Source: Eledone cirrhosa
Taxonomy: Eukaryota
Direction: 5' to 3'
Length of the DNA: 64,000 bases
Assembly (NCBI GenBank): GCA_964016885.1
Contig: OZ024741.1
Coordinates: forward strand, 115,010,001 to 115,074,000
Both the position numbers and the translations under genes were made by a program. The first letter of the stretch is position 1. Each line of letters starts with the position of its first letter. Of the stretch, positions 13,392-27,811 are shown piece after piece. Below the pieces are notes generated by a model. It made no database searches. It was not told where the DNA came from and worked only from the letters and a program-made list of their open reading frames with translations.

Positions 13392-16300
13392 ATAGCAACT
13401 AACAGCGCTGCGATCGAATGTGGCTTTTTAGCCCAGCCAATGATCTAAAATGTTTTGCATAGATTTGGCAACCAAAACATTCACTGGGAATAACCGGCTG
13501 TGGTTGGAGTTCATGTACTTTTGCATGTCGTTTGCGCTATCCTGCTGATTTACATTCTCTACCACATACTTGGCAAGCATGATGAATAGCATCTCCAACA
13601 GCAGCCTGGTAGTCAACCACTGGTCTCACTTTATGACTGCAAAGATGACTTTCGAGTCCAGCTTTGCTTAGGCAGAGTCTTGCACAGACGCTGCATGTTA
13701 GCGCCATAGGAAGACCTTCGAAGTCTGGAAATGCAACAGTAATGCCTTTCCTCACATCCCATTTTACTTTCTCGCATGCGATTCGAGATGCCTCAAAGGC
13801 AACTTTCCCCTCATATACAGTCTTTCTCCATTTATTACGATCAGCAGCGATATTTTCCCATGTATCAGCAGAGATGTTAGCCTCTTTCAAAGAGGCTTTC
13901 AAGGAACCCTTATACCTCTTTTTTGGTTTATGTGGAGGTCGTTTGCCTTTAACTAACTCTCCATAAAAGAGTTGTTTTGGTATTCTAGAATCCTTCATCC
14001 TGGCAAGGTGACCACTCCAACGGAGTCTTTGCTTAAGCACAAGAGCTTCTATACTGTCACACAAGAGCTTTCCAAAATCTCGACATCACTGATGTGGTCC
14101 CTCCAGTGAAGGCCATGGATCCGTCTGAGACACATCTGATGGAAACGCTCCAATTGCTTAAGGTGGTGTCGATATGTGACCCAGGTCTCGCAGGCATAAA
14201 GAAGAGAAGAGAGCACACATGCCTTGTACACCTTTACCTTTGTCTTCATGCATATGTCTCGCCGCCCCAGAGTCGCTTTCTAGCTTTCCGAAAGCATCAC
14301 TTCCTTTCCTAATCATGAGTGGGATTTCATTATCAAGGTTGCTGTATCGATTGACAGTGCTTCCCAGGTAGACAAACTGATCAACCACTTCAAGTCGTTT
14401 ACCATACATATTAGATATGTGGTTCATTGTACTGCTTACCAGGAGCAGGTTGGTACATGACGACGGTTTTCTTGAGACTGACAGACAATCCTAGGGCAAT
14501 GCAAGCGTCAGAAAATGCATTCAAAATGTGCTGCATATCACTCTCTGTGTGCGCTACAATATCGCAATCATCTACATACAAGAGGTTTCTTATGATTGAT
14601 GTAGATACTTTATGTTTTTGCAGCAAAGCGCCTGATGTTAAATATGCTGCCTGAGGTTCGATATTGGATGTAAACACCATGCTCGCAATTCCTGAATGCA
14701 ATATAGAAAACCATTGTAAAGTATATGGCAAACAGGATCGGTGCTGGAATATCCCCCTGTTTCACTCCATTTTTTACTGAGATTGGATCCGACATGTTAC
14801 CTCCGACATTAACCCAAGCCTTCATGTCGTCATAGAAAGGCCTAACCAAACAAGGAACTTATCAGGATAACCAAGTTTCTGGAAAACTTTCCATAATGCA
14901 TTTCTGTTAACAGTATCGAAAGCTTTTGTCAGATCGACAAAAACCTGATACAGATCCAAACCTTGTTCCATGCACTTCTCCTGGAACTGTCTAGCTGAGA
15001 AGATCATATCAGTAGTGCCGCGTCCAGCACGAAAACCAGATTGACTTTCAGGAAGGACACAATCTGCAATGTGTGTCAGCAGACTGTCCAGAAGCACCCT
15101 ACATAAAACTTTCCCTACGACAGAAAGCAATGATATACCTCTGTAGTTCCCACAATCATTCCTGTTACCCTTTCCCTTGTACAAGACCACCATTACTGCA
15201 TCTCTCCAGTTCTCAGGTACGGATTCATTAGCTAATATCCTGCCAAACAAAGAGTGAAGAGGTTGCAGAAGTCTCTCACCACCAATGTAGGAGCTCTGCA
15301 TGTATGCCATCCATACCCGGAGACCTTCCACTGTTCAGCTTCGAGATAGCTACTGCAACCCCCACAAGCGTCGGAGGTTCTGAGAGAGCTACTTTCACAG
15401 GATTTTCTGGAATGAGATTGAGGAAATCTTAATTGACGACAGCCGGCCGATTCAAAGGTTCATGAAAGTGCTCTCGCCACCATCGTAGAATTCCTTGTGA
15501 GTCACGAAGAAGTTCTTTGCCGTTCTTGCTGCGAAGCGGTGTCACCAGAGAAGAAGACGGTCCATAAACTTCACGCAAGAGACTACAACAGCTTTGTGTT
15601 ATTGGAATCTGACGCAGCTTGTATCTCATCAGCCTTCTCACTCCACCACTGATTCTTCATCTGAGAAAGACTCCGCCTAACACGTGATTTCACATCCTTC
15701 AGTTCCTTATGCAACATATTCTTCTCCTGTGGTTTTGCTGTCAAGTAGCGTGACAGAGCACGTCTTTCATCAGCCAACAAGTCTTCATCATTCTCATTAA
15801 ACCAGTCTTGATGTTTTCTCTGCACCAATCCCAGAACACGTCTGCCTACATCATCAACCGACTTTTTAAGAGTCGGCCAATCCTCAGCAAGATCTGCAAC
15901 TTGCATCTCTTCTCGCAATGTCCTCTTCACATTTTTATCCCTAACACGAACAGCATTCAATCTTCTGGGCAGGGATTTTACGTTTAGTGATTACTTTCAG
16001 CACTCAGCTCCACGAAGAGCACGGACACACTGCATATCACACACGCATCCTGACAAGGACGTAGTCCAAAAGATGCCATTCCTTAGATGCAGGATGCATC
16101 CATGTAGTCTTAAATTTGTTCTTTTGTTGGAATATGGTGTTGGTAACACACAGATCCAGCTCCTCACACATCTGCAGCAGGAGCATACCATTGTTGTTAC
16201 ACCTTCCCACCCCATGCCTTCCGATTACATTCCATGTGTTAAAATCCCTACCCACTCTAGGATTAAAGTCACGAAGCACGATGACTGTCTGCCTGAGAGA

Positions 16301-16705
16301 TATTTCTTAAAACACCTTTCAAGGCATGGTAAAAGGACACTTCTCTTCATCGACAGAATTCATAGTTGGAGCATACACACTCACCAGGGTCGCATATATT
16401 CCTTTGTCCAGCGGAATTCTCATGGACATAAGACGCTCACTAATCCCCACTGGGAATTCTTCTAATTTATCCACAAGAGCAGTCTTAACAGCAAATGCTA
16501 TCCCAGCCTCTCTTCTGGTTTCTTCATCTCTTCATTTCCAGAAGAATGTATATTCTCCACAAAATTCTGTAACATGACCATCTCCAGCTAACCTCGTCTC
16601 AGATAAAGCTACGGTGTCACGATCGTAACGTTGAAGCTCCTTTGCAACAAGAGCGGTCCTTCGTTCAGGACGTTCCAAGGAATCCCCGTCAAGCATCGTC
16701 CAAGA
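13392..16705 (-). mobile_element. Decayed near-full-length RTE/BovB-type LINE (APE + RT + C-terminal zinc fingers)
   Basis: Motifs in order across frameshifts: ALSETRL, DFNPRVG, TWMHPASKEWHLLDYV, KGNRNDCGNYRGISLL, DLTKAFDTVNR, GVKQGD, LLYVDDC, RLRWSGHLARM, CSVC..H, CQVC..H. Confidence 0.95.
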
Positions 16706-16887
16706 CTAAATGCCTTGTTTGGCTCTATTGCAGTGGCACGATGACGAGCGGGTCCAGGCTGTGATAATCTGGGGCCCCTGCCTCTATTGCCAATTATCTC
16801 TTTTGTTCCAGAACCCTTATTGCCAATTATCTCTTTTATATTGTTTTGGAACATTATTGAATTGGGGAAAAAAAAAAGTAATAAAAA

Positions 16888-17001
16888 TTGTTTCTACTTT
16901 TGGTACAAGACCAGCAAAACCCAGTACATTACTGGTACTTTACTTTATCGACCCCGTAAGGATAAAAGGCAAAGTTAACCTTGGCGGGATTTGAACTCAG
17001 A
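16888..17001 (-). mobile_element. SINE family 1, 5'-truncated
   Basis: Same conserved core. Confidence 0.8.
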
Positions 17002-17545
17002 CCGAGTTCTTATAATTAAAATAGCAAGTGTAAAAGTAAATATACATAATGAAAAGTGTTAAATCATTTTTTTTTCACAATTCATTAACTTTTAGAAGAC
17101 ATATTGACCTGAAGCTTATTATGATAGAAATTATCTTTACAATTAACTTTTGCCTAATTATTTTTATCATTTTATCTTCATCAATACTTTTTTTGTCTAG
17201 ATTTATCATTATTCTAGGTGTATTGTGCATTACTTTTTGTTGTAAGTGATATTTTTCTTTTAATTGCAAGGATATTAATCTGGCTTTTATCAACCTACAA
17301 AAGCCTCCACTGTCTTGATGAAATCAAATTGTTATTTCAATTTCTAAATTTAATTGCTTAGTTTGTCTGAAATTTAAATTGCTTTTGTTCTGAAATCATG
17401 AAAAACTTACCCCTTTTGTGTTGTGTTTTTTTTCTCTGCCACTATTTTGCCCCATTTCATTTCTTCTTCTTCTTCTTCTTCTTCTTCTTCTTCAGTAAAG
17501 TTTACTGAAGAAGAAGAAGAATGTTTCTTCATAAGTAAAGTTTAC

Positions 17546-17672
17546 TGCTTACCTGCCAACTGTTAGAGCTAGCGAAAATATATGATATTTTCTAAAATAT
17601 ACTGATTTGGTGACTGTATATTTTAGAAAATATCATATATTTTACTAGCTCTGACAATTGGCAGGTAAGTAG
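17546..17672. repeat. Fold-back hairpin (~57-bp arms)
   Basis: CTGCTTACCTGCCAA...AAAATATAC versus GTATATTTT...TTGGCAGGTAAGTAG. Confidence 0.85.
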
Positions 17673-17675
17673 TAT

Positions 17676-17722
17676 ACTGTACTGATGAAGAGTAATCACC
17701 AAGAAACATTAGTGTCTGCAGT
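17676..17722 (+). ncRNA. Minimal type I hammerhead ribozyme (stem II decayed)
   Basis: ACTGTA-CTGATGA-AGAGTAATCACCAA-GAAA-CATTAGTG-TC-TGCAGT. Confidence 0.65.
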
Positions 17723-18197
17723 TCTGTTTACATGCCAACACAAGAGCAATAATAAGGGGCTCATTCTACTGACATGGTTTAAAGAGGCTGTTTGCATAAT
17801 TGCAAACGAATCGAATTTTATTATTAATATTCGAAAAACTCAGATTACCCCCCCCCCCCCTCCACATATATATATGTATATATATATCACAAATATATTA
17901 TATTTGTGATATATATTATATATCACAATTTTAGCTCTGTTCCTATAACTGAAAGTTTCGCCGTCCATTTATTACTTACCTTTCATTCTTTTGAGACCGA
18001 TGAATAAAGTACCAGTCCAGTTCTAGGGTTCTATTCTTTGGAAGAAATCGACAGTGTTACAAAATGGAGAGGGATGTGCTCCACCAGGTTGAAAATTCCG
18101 AAGATACACCATATGTTAGGATGGTGCCCCTACAACTATAACATGAGTTGCGAGCCCTTTACCATAGTTGTTTGATACACACACTCTCTCTCTCTCC

Positions 18198-18255
<58 letters not shown>

Positions 18256-19436
18256 GGATAATACGCCAATATGACTGAAGTTCAATAATTTACAGATCTA
18301 ATATAACTTAGTTGATTATGAGTTTTAAGCAGGTATGTTTCAATGTTTTCTTCTCATATTTTTCTATGGATACAAGTTTCGACTGTTTTCATAATTTACC
18401 CTTTTTCGTGATATTTAAATAAAATGTGATTTTTCCTAGCCAAAAGTGGGATTTCTTTCTGTGATGTTATTTCTGTTCACCATAAGATCATTCCATCACG
18501 GAATAGTAGTTTTGTTGAATGGCAAAAAAACACTTAAAATTTAACGCCACATTGATAGAGGAAGTTGTGCAAAAACTCTAGAATCTAGCCGTTCAGTCTC
18601 GCACTCAAATTGGCATACATTTTAAACAATCTAGACTTGATGAGTCGACGTGAGTGCCTCTATATAGTCATTAGATTTTCTAGAAATATCTATTCAATCT
18701 CCCCCATGTCATACCATTCCATATTTCGAAATGAGATCGATTGAATAATTTAGTCGTAGAATTATTGAAATATCTGAAAGCGGGGTGATTATGGCCGAAA
18801 TGACTTTAATCACAAATCTCTCGGATAAGAGTTAATTCAGCCACAATAACAACATAAGTTGTTTCTGAACAATTTAGTTATAAACATAGTTATCTCATAA
18901 ATTAAACATCGAAATTTCTTCTGAAATACACTTTATATGAGAGAAAATCCTATGATTTATTTAATAAAGACATTTCTTTAGGAAAACTTATACACAATTA
19001 AATAGAAACAATAATGTATATTTTCTACTGATATTTCGATTGAATACAAAATAGTTAACAGAGAATGTAACCAGACGCAGATAATTGCTTTACACCTTCC
19101 CTTGTGTTCCATTTTTTTCTATATTTTTTATTTTATGTTTATTTTGCCTTCCGTTGGCTTTCACTATTAAACTACTAAAAAACCTTTTTATTCTTATTGA
19201 TATTTACTTATCTCTCTCTATCTTGTTTTCTGTTTCTCAACTCTAAGAAGTACTAGATACTTCTCCTAGTCTGTCATGGCTTACTATCTCTATTCAGAGG
19301 TTTATATTGATTAAATAAATAAATAAATAAAAAATTCACACTGCTGATGAAATTATAGATTTTGTTCGCATTTGTTTCTCTGTAATTCCCTGTATTTTTT
19401 AACTAATGTCTGTTTTGTTTTCTATAATGTATAACA

Positions 19437-19595
19437 GGGCAGGGATTTGACAGAGTCGTTAGAGTGTCGGTTTAAAATTGCATCAGTATCATTTCCGGTT
19501 CACTGCGCTTCAGTTCAAATCCTGCTGAGTTCAACTTCGCCTTTCGTTATTTCGGCCTCGATAAATAAATAACCAATCCAGTACTGTGGTCGGTT
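19437..19595 (+). mobile_element. SINE family 1, diverged
   Basis: A/B-box-like head plus a decayed core. Confidence 0.65.
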
Positions 19596-20130
19596 TTTCC
19601 TCTATTTCTATAACTTTCTGTGTTCACACAAGGAGAGGGATGGACCCTATCAGGTTTTAAAATGCTAGATATGTCAGGACTCCATCAGGAGGCCAGGTCT
19701 CCAAAATATATGAGATGTCTACACAAAAATACTTATTTTAATTGCGACTGCAGAATGAGTACCTGACAATGGAACATTTATTCACATCTGTCAAAACTTC
19801 AGCTTATTCTTTCCAGATGTTATGTTTCGTTAACCGTAAGCAATAATTCATCTTGAGTTACTTCCATTCTTAGAAAATGTGACACACCTTGATAACTCTC
19901 ATTCATCCATCTGGTTTTAGGCAGGTGAATTTATAATTAACAAAGATAAAACGTCAAATGTACAAAGTTCGTAATATCCTCGACACACTTATAGAAATTT
20001 TGCTATTTTATGATACATTTTTGTTTAATCTTACACAACTGAACCAAATGTGAGACCGGATTTATGAGACCAACAAAGTATTCCCCTCACCTAGCAAGGA
20101 TTCACCTCTCTTCAGAGAGAAGAACTCCAG

Positions 20131-20400
20131 TTAAGTTCCTAATAGCAAGCGTGGAAGGGGGCTTCTTATTACGAAGCTGGTAGATGGTCTGCTAGAATAC
20201 TTTATTTGCTGATCTAAATGCAGATTCCAACTTAACACCAAAGTCCTCCCATGTCTTAACCTTGGGTGCCTTAACTGTTTTTCTTTTGAAATGGGAACGT
20301 CGTAGGCACAGTAAATAACTGACCCCTTAAATTGTTCTCTAACACTTAATAAACTCCTACCAGCCTTTCTTCTACAGTAGATATCTGATATCACGGGCGG
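20131..20400 (-). pseudogene. Decayed non-LTR RT C-terminal fragment (R4-like)
   Basis: SDIYCRRKAGRSLLSVRE resembles the RLYxxRxxGGRGL motif. Confidence 0.45.
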
Positions 20401-20456
20401 TGCAATCTAGGTATACCGCACTACCATGCTACCACGTGGCAGAGCTCCAGTTCAAT

Positions 20457-20622
20457 AATTGTTTCTACTTTAGGCACAAGGCCAGCAATTTTGAAGGGGG
20501 GGGGGGTCGATTAAATCGACCGTGTAAGGCAAAAGTAACCTCGACGGGATTTAAACACAGAAAGTAAAGGGCCGCAACTTTTGGCCGCGAAGAATGGTGT
20601 CCGACGCTCTACCGATACAGCC
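20457..20622 (-). mobile_element. SINE family 1, internally deleted
   Basis: Head and tail present; TSD-like CCAGTT(C/A)AATAAT. Confidence 0.75.
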
Positions 20623-21039
20623 AGTTAAATAATGCAGTCCTATATCTCTTGGCTGGAATTGAAAATGTGTTGATGGCCCGAATAGTATTCTTGCTATTGG
20701 AATGAGTTTTATCTATTTGGTTATCATATTTCTAGTGATATAATCAATGATTTGTCGTGATTTAGTAATATAACTATTCTTCTTCTTATTAAGTTAGTGT
20801 TTGGAACAGTATTACAGTATTAAAATAACTCGACGTAACACATGGAAACTTAGCTAATATGCATAGTAACATTTTGGCTATCATTGAACGAAGAAATGAA
20901 ATTATCGTGTCAGATGCCTTCAAGAAATAATGCAATAATGGATGGCAGAGAGATATAAAATTAGAATGATTTTTAACAACCACACTGGCCTGTCATGTTA
21001 ACCTCGACATCCAGTTAAATATTTTTATTAGTTTTGTCA

Positions 21040-21792
21040 GGACGCAAGATTGGCAGTATCGGTAGAGAATCGGATAGCATGTTTTGCGACATAGAGTTAC
21101 GGCCGTTTACGTTCTGAGTTTAAATCTCGCCTAGGTTAGCTTTGCTTTTCATTCTTCCGAAGTCGGTAAAATACCAACCAAGTACTGGCGTCAATATAAA
21201 CGATTTTACCCTCCCCCAAATTACTGGCCTTGTGCTTAAATCAGAAACCATTATGTAAGTAACATGTAACCAGCATGTAGTAACAGTGGCACAATTAGTT
21301 GTAACAGCAGAAATTTTGTTTTTATTATTACTAAAAACTGCTGAGGGCTGTAGATTGACAATATCGGTAGAGCGTCGGACAATATGCTTTGTGGCATAGG
21401 GTTACGCCCCTTTATGATCTGAGTTCAAATCCCGCCGAGGCTAGCTTTCATCCTTACGGGGTTGATAAAATATAGCACCAGTAATGGACTGGGGTCGATT
21501 TAATCGACTTTCCCATCTCCCAAAATTGCTGGTCTTGTGCCAAAAGTAGAAACAAGTATTACTACCATTATCGGGGCAGTAAATTGGCAGTATGAGAAGA
21601 GCATCGGATAACATGCTTTGCGGCATAGAGTTACGGCTCTTTACGTTCAGAGTTCAAATTCCGTCGAGGTTAACTTGGCCTTTTATTTTTGCGGGATCAA
21701 TAAAATAAATCACCAGTAACTCACTGAGATTGATTTCATCGACTTACCCCTTCCGTACTAATTGCTGGCCTTGTGCTAAATGCAGAAACAAA
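21040..21792 (+). mobile_element. Cluster of three same-orientation SINE family 1 copies (about 21040-21252, 21347-21556, 21573-21792)
   Basis: Each copy has an ATTGGCAGTATCGGTAGAG-like head, a B-box, the core, and a TTGCTGGCCTTGTGC tail. Confidence 0.85.
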
Positions 21793-21897
21793 TAAAGAAA
21801 TCATTAATTTAATCAAGAGGGGAAAAGGTGCACAAACCTTCCCATGATCGGTGAAATTGGTGCGGTTATGGTTCTTCCCAAACGTAGTGATGTAATA

Positions 21898-22004
21898 ATT
21901 GTTTCTACTTTAGACACAAGGCTAGAAATTACCCAGTGTATTACTGGTACTTTATTTTATCGACCCCATAAGGATGAAAGGCAAAGTTAACCTCGGCGGG
22001 ATTT
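21898..22004 (-). mobile_element. SINE family 1, 5'-truncated with TSD
   Basis: TSD GTAGTGATGTAATAAT at 21884 and 22005. Confidence 0.85.
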
Positions 22005-22527
22005 GTAGTGATGTAATAATACTTAGTAGTTGGCAACTGATATATGAGGAATTTGTAGAACGAATCACGTGTATTTCGTAAATGGAAGTATATATTCCCC
22101 AAGAGTAGTGAATATATAGCATGATATTCAGTCGATATTCATCAATATATTATATATACTCTGGGAGAAAAACCTCTGAATTTAAGAACAAGAAATCAGT
22201 AATCAAAACATGTTCATAAGCTGTGAGGCTTACTTTAATGAAAGTTGTATTATATCAATTTTAATGTACTAGACTACATTACTATAAAGTAATACATATT
22301 AGTCATATATTGAACATTGAAATCTAAATAGAAAATAGAGAAGACAAAAACAGAAGAGAGAGCAACAACTAATAATAAGAGAAATATTGAGAGTACGAAG
22401 AAAATATGCAACGAAAAGAAATAAAATAACAGCACAATAACAAATGTTTTGCCATTACGAACACCATTAACGACTAGTGATAGCCATAAGACTTCAAGAA
22501 TATATAATTCACCTTACTCGAAATAAT

Positions 22528-22745
22528 AATTTTTTCTAGCATAGGTAAAAGGCCAGCAATTTTAGAGAAGGGGGAAAGTCGATTAAATCGACCACAGTAC
22601 TTAGCTGGTGCTTTATTTTGTCGACCCTCAGAAGGGTGAAAGGTAAAGTTGGCCTTGGTGAGATTTAAAACCTGAACGTGGAGGGTCGTAACGAAACACT
22701 GCAATACATTTCATCCAGCTCACAAACGATTTTGCCCAGCCAGCG
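22528..22745 (-). mobile_element. SINE family 1
   Basis: Conserved core. Confidence 0.75.
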
Positions 22746-23877
22746 CTCTTTGACTCAAAATGACAATGATATTTACAGGTTCCAAACCACATCTGTTGAG
22801 GACATGCATGAGCAATTTTAACAGACCAAAACACTTTAGTGATATTTCGGTATTATACCCACAGATAGTAAAGACATGCTTCAGGCGTATTTAATGGCAA
22901 AACATAGAGACATATCTCTCTATATACACCAGTATGCAGAGAGATTCTCTGATCAAATATATATATTTGCAAAAATATGGGTAGCAAGATACACAAGTAT
23001 TTGTTTGGAGGAGGTTGGTATTCATTACAATTTACATTCTGATTTCAATTTATGGAGAAATAGAATTTGTCTCTCATTTTCCCGATATTTGTATTTTAAT
23101 TGTTTAGCCCTGATCTAGAATAATGTTCAAAGGTATTCCACTTGTGGTAGGCCTACCTTTCGATCTCATTGCATCATTGGCTAATCTTAATAGTAATGAT
23201 AGGCTCCTTTAACCAGTCTCCTGTAGCCCAGATTATATTTTACTCCATGAAGAGCGGAACACCATTCACTATATACGCTGCTTGAAAATTTACAAATGTC
23301 TTATATAAATGAAGAATTTATATAAGACATTTGTTAATTACCGATATTTATTTGCTAAAAAATGCATTTGAGATTTCACTTTGTACTGAAATGTCCCAAT
23401 ATGATAGAGGGAATAGTATTGATCAAAATTATACACGAGCTTTATGATAAAATCAGTACCCCTCTTACCGAAAAAAAAAGGAAAAAAACCACGCGTCGCA
23501 TTATGTATGATGTAGGCCTATATGTATGCATTAACACATATCTGTGTAAGTACGAACCCCAGTACTTGACTGGTACTTTATTTATGAAACCGAAACGAAT
23601 GAATAGGTGAAATCGGGACTTGAAGTAAGAGAGAGCAGAGAGCCGGAACACATATCGCAAAGCATTCTATCTGACATTCTGACGATTCTACTACATCGCA
23701 TTATGCATGAAGAAGACATATAGGGTATTGAAATTTGAGGAAGAGTATTGAAATCCATCATTTTATTTACACTGTCATCTACAAACCCACAACAAGCAAT
23801 AATTTCAGAAACAAATTCACAACCACACGATTGTGGATACAAATATATAACCACTATGTGACACACCTTCACATAAT

Positions 23878-24065
23878 AATGATTTCTAGGATAGGCGCTA
23901 GGACAGCAATTTGGCGGGAGGGGAAGTCGATTAAATGGACCCCAGTACTCTCTGGTGCTTTATTTTATCGACCCCATAAGAGTGAAAGGAAAAGTTAACC
24001 TCGGTGGGATTTTAACTCAGAATGTAAAGGTTCGTAACTCTATGCCACTAAGCACGTTGTCCGGC
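23878..24065 (-). mobile_element. SINE family 1
   Basis: Conserved core. Confidence 0.78.
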
Positions 24066-25092
24066 ATGGAGTTACGACCCTACTCGTATGTTGAAAGGCA
24101 AAATCTGCCATCCTAATAAATCATACAAATTGTCTCTTTACGCAAAGTTAAACATTTGACTATATTTCAGAAACTTACATCAATTAACTTTTCTACATAT
24201 ACATACGAAAGGACAACGTTAGGTATGCTATCCCCCTCCCCCCATCATTCTGCCCAAAGAAAGAATATAGCGACTCTTTCATCCGGGTTTTGGGTCCAGT
24301 TTTATGGATTATCTCAAAATCAACGCTAAGAAATCTAGAACACGTTATCGAAAGATATGTGTATTGAAAAAGTACGTAATAAAGTTATTGATATTGTTGA
24401 ACCTCAAGTTAGTCCTCACTGTTTTAGACTTGATTATCCTATATTCTTTTGTTGTTGTAAAGTTAGGACTAACTAATGTGTTATTTCTCTTTAAAGGGTT
24501 GCATTGTCAGCTGAGATAAATTAGGTTGCTATTTCTAGTTTATCGAATGATCGCACAAAGCTTTCCTGTTATAAAATGTAATGTCCGGGGAATACAACAA
24601 AAATTCAGTAATACAATATAAGCATTACTTAAAATATATAATCCCAAATCTGCTCCTCCCTCCAGCCTTTATGTTGCCAACAACAAACAATAGACATTAA
24701 ATCGAAATAATAATATATAATTCAATTTTCTTCTGGATACTATAATATAAACTAATATATTAAGTAATTCTATTCACATGTCTCGGCTAATAAATAGTCA
24801 TCAATGCATATTCTTAAAATATGCATAACTGGAGTTCTATCGCTGCGTATTATTCGTTCGTTCTTTCAATATATTGTTCTTGTCTTGTTCCCTGTTGGGC
24901 TTATCAGTGAAGAATTTATTTGATATAATACTGTGTTCTTGCTCACTCACTTGAGATAAGAATGAAATTGGGTTTTATGCCGTTCACTTTCCTATATCAA
25001 GTTATATACACAAATACACATATAAACTAATTCAGAAACCCATCCACCATTAATACATGTATAAGCACTCACACACAGCACGACTAGAATAA

Positions 25093-25164
<72 letters not shown>

Positions 25165-25702
25165 GAGATGGTGTATTTATTTTATCAAACGATTCTATGG
25201 ACATACTTTATTGTATATATATATAAGCCACATATTTGAAGATGAATTTAATGCAAATAGGAGAACATATTCACAAGAGAATATTTTTATCTTTTGACTC
25301 TAGATGTAGATTCGGACAGTATTGAAAAAAAAAGTGCCATTCAGAAATGTTAGAATTTCGGTATCCGATTTTAGGGAATAAAAGACATTTATTGTTTTTG
25401 ATAGAAAAAGTGGTTAAGCAACGGACAGTATTTAGTTATTGCCATTTACATTCTGCGTTCAATTTACGGAGAAATAGAATTTAGCTTTCATTTTTCCGAG
25501 GTTTCTATTTTAATTGTTTAGCCCTGATGTAGAATAGTGTTCAAAGGTATCCCACTTAGATTAGCTCAACTTTTCTTGCTGAGAATTAATTATTTAACGT
25601 GTTCTTTTTAAGAAACGTAGACTGCAATTTTAGCAAGAATTCTCTGCTATTATCAAATATTCAAGCCGACACTTTATGTATGAACTCTATAGGTATGGAA
25701 AT

Positions 25703-27729
25703 TCAACGGAGACCGGTGCAAAGAGGAAGCAGTCGGTCAAGCTCCAGTATTTGACTATCTTATATCTTAATTAATGAGTTGGACACTCAGTTGATCGAAC
25801 AACTAAATATTCACGGTTATATTATTTCAAAAGCTGCACCGTAAAGACTACTACTGATCCTTTGTATGTATAGATCTGTAACACTTGATGGAATTGAAAT
25901 ACAGCGTTTCATGGCTGTTTCAAACCATCCAGTTATGAACAAGGATGATTTCTTTCAGAGAAGGAGAGAGAGTGATAGATAAGAAGTGAGAAAGACATAT
26001 AAAAGACGAATTTACCCTAGCACTAGACTGGTATTTTTTTATTGACCTCAAAAGGATGAAAGGCAAAGTTGATGACAGCGGGATTTGAACTCAGAGGCGC
26101 AGAGACCCGGAATGAATATCCAACGTTTTTAAGGCCTCTGTCAATTCGCTGCCTGATACTCATTCTTTAAGATAAAAAAATACTTTGTCCCTAATTGTTT
26201 GTGGATCAACAACATAAGTGAAGTTTCTACCTATATTAGAGTAATATTAATCTTCGTATCTGAGACGATTCTGCACCTTGAATATATGGCGGCGAATCGG
26301 TTATTAGAACGTCGAATTAAATGACTTTGTATTTGGTTCCAGCTATCTACACTATGAATACAAATTCAAACATGTTCAAATTCAATCGTTTTGGGGTAAA
26401 TAAATAAAATACCAGTCGCGTGCGGGGTAGATTGACGGAATTTGTAGGTGTCGGACACGATGCATTCCGGTATCATAGTTTAAATCCCGCTTCTTTCAGC
26501 TAAGAGTCGCGACCGGAAGATTACATCCACAGTGGAAACCCCGTCTTTTCTTTTTCGAATACATTAAGAAAATGTCACATGACCAATTTGTAAAGCCTTG
26601 AAAGTCATTACGTTACAGCTAATATTTCATAGATGTATTAACCCCCCCTCCCACACCACCATCTCGCTTTCTCTCTATCCCTCACCCTCTTATTATTTCC
26701 TTCCCTCTCCCCCTTTCTTTATTTTCTATCTATCTCTCCCCACACTCTTTTCTAACGCTGCCGAAATCGTTGCTTCTTCCTAAACATTACAAGATATAAA
26801 TCAACCCATCAAAACCAATTTTTTCTACTTGCCGTTTCTTCTTTTCCTCTTATATACTCGTTCACATTCCACAAAGTCCTGCGCTTTAAAAGTTTTCATC
26901 AAACTTTTCTTCTCTAAGAATTTCAACCACTAGTGGTATACCGTTTCGACCACAGATCGACTTATGACACTCCTTCTTTCTTCTTCTTCTTCCAATCCCT
27001 TGGAGGAGTCTGGAATGCACAACCAGTGCCATTGCCCCTCTTCACCTAAATAATTGTTTCTACCTTTGGCACAAGGCCAGCAATTATCCCAATGCATTGC
27101 TGGTACTTTATTTTATCGACCCCGTAAGGATGATAGGCAAAGTTAAGCTCGGTGGGATTTGAACCCAGACCGTAATGGGCCGTAACTCTATGCTGCAAAG
27201 CATGGCGTCCGACCCTCTACCGATACTGCCAAACCACCACATCTTCACCTAAATAATGCTTTCTAACTTAGACACATGATCAACAATTTAGAGGGGTTAG
27301 AGATGGCGACAATCGATGAATCGACCAGGAATTTCAGTTTATCGACATCTAAATGATAAAAAGTAAAGATGACCTTGGTGGCTTTGAACTCAGAACGTAA
27401 AGGGTCAATCCACCACCATTTTCCGCCTAAATACTAAGAAGTTACCACTTATTTCTACGTAAATCTATCTCCCCGTTGTTAATAGTTGCTATGTTTTCTA
27501 ATAGCAATCTTAGTTTTCATACGTGGAAACGATGCTGATTTATTTCCGTAGAAAAGTTTTACAGAAATTTTAAGTACAGGAATTTTTGTGTATTCAAAGA
27601 AGAGGAAATATTTACATAAATCTTCGTAATTCATTTTGTAATTGAAAAGAATGTTTCGGATTTTGTGTTTGTTTTTATCTTTGTTTCTATACTACATTTA
27701 AATTAGATTTATGGTATGCAGTCGTTGAA
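25703..27729 (+). repeat. ~2.0-kb direct duplication, copy 1 (contains several SINEs)
   Basis: Near-identical to 30093-32177 apart from scattered SNPs and small indels. Confidence 0.93.
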
Positions 27730-27771
27730 TTATATAAATGTTTACCGTTTTCTCTTAGATATACCCCCCCC

Positions 27772-27811
<40 letters not shown>

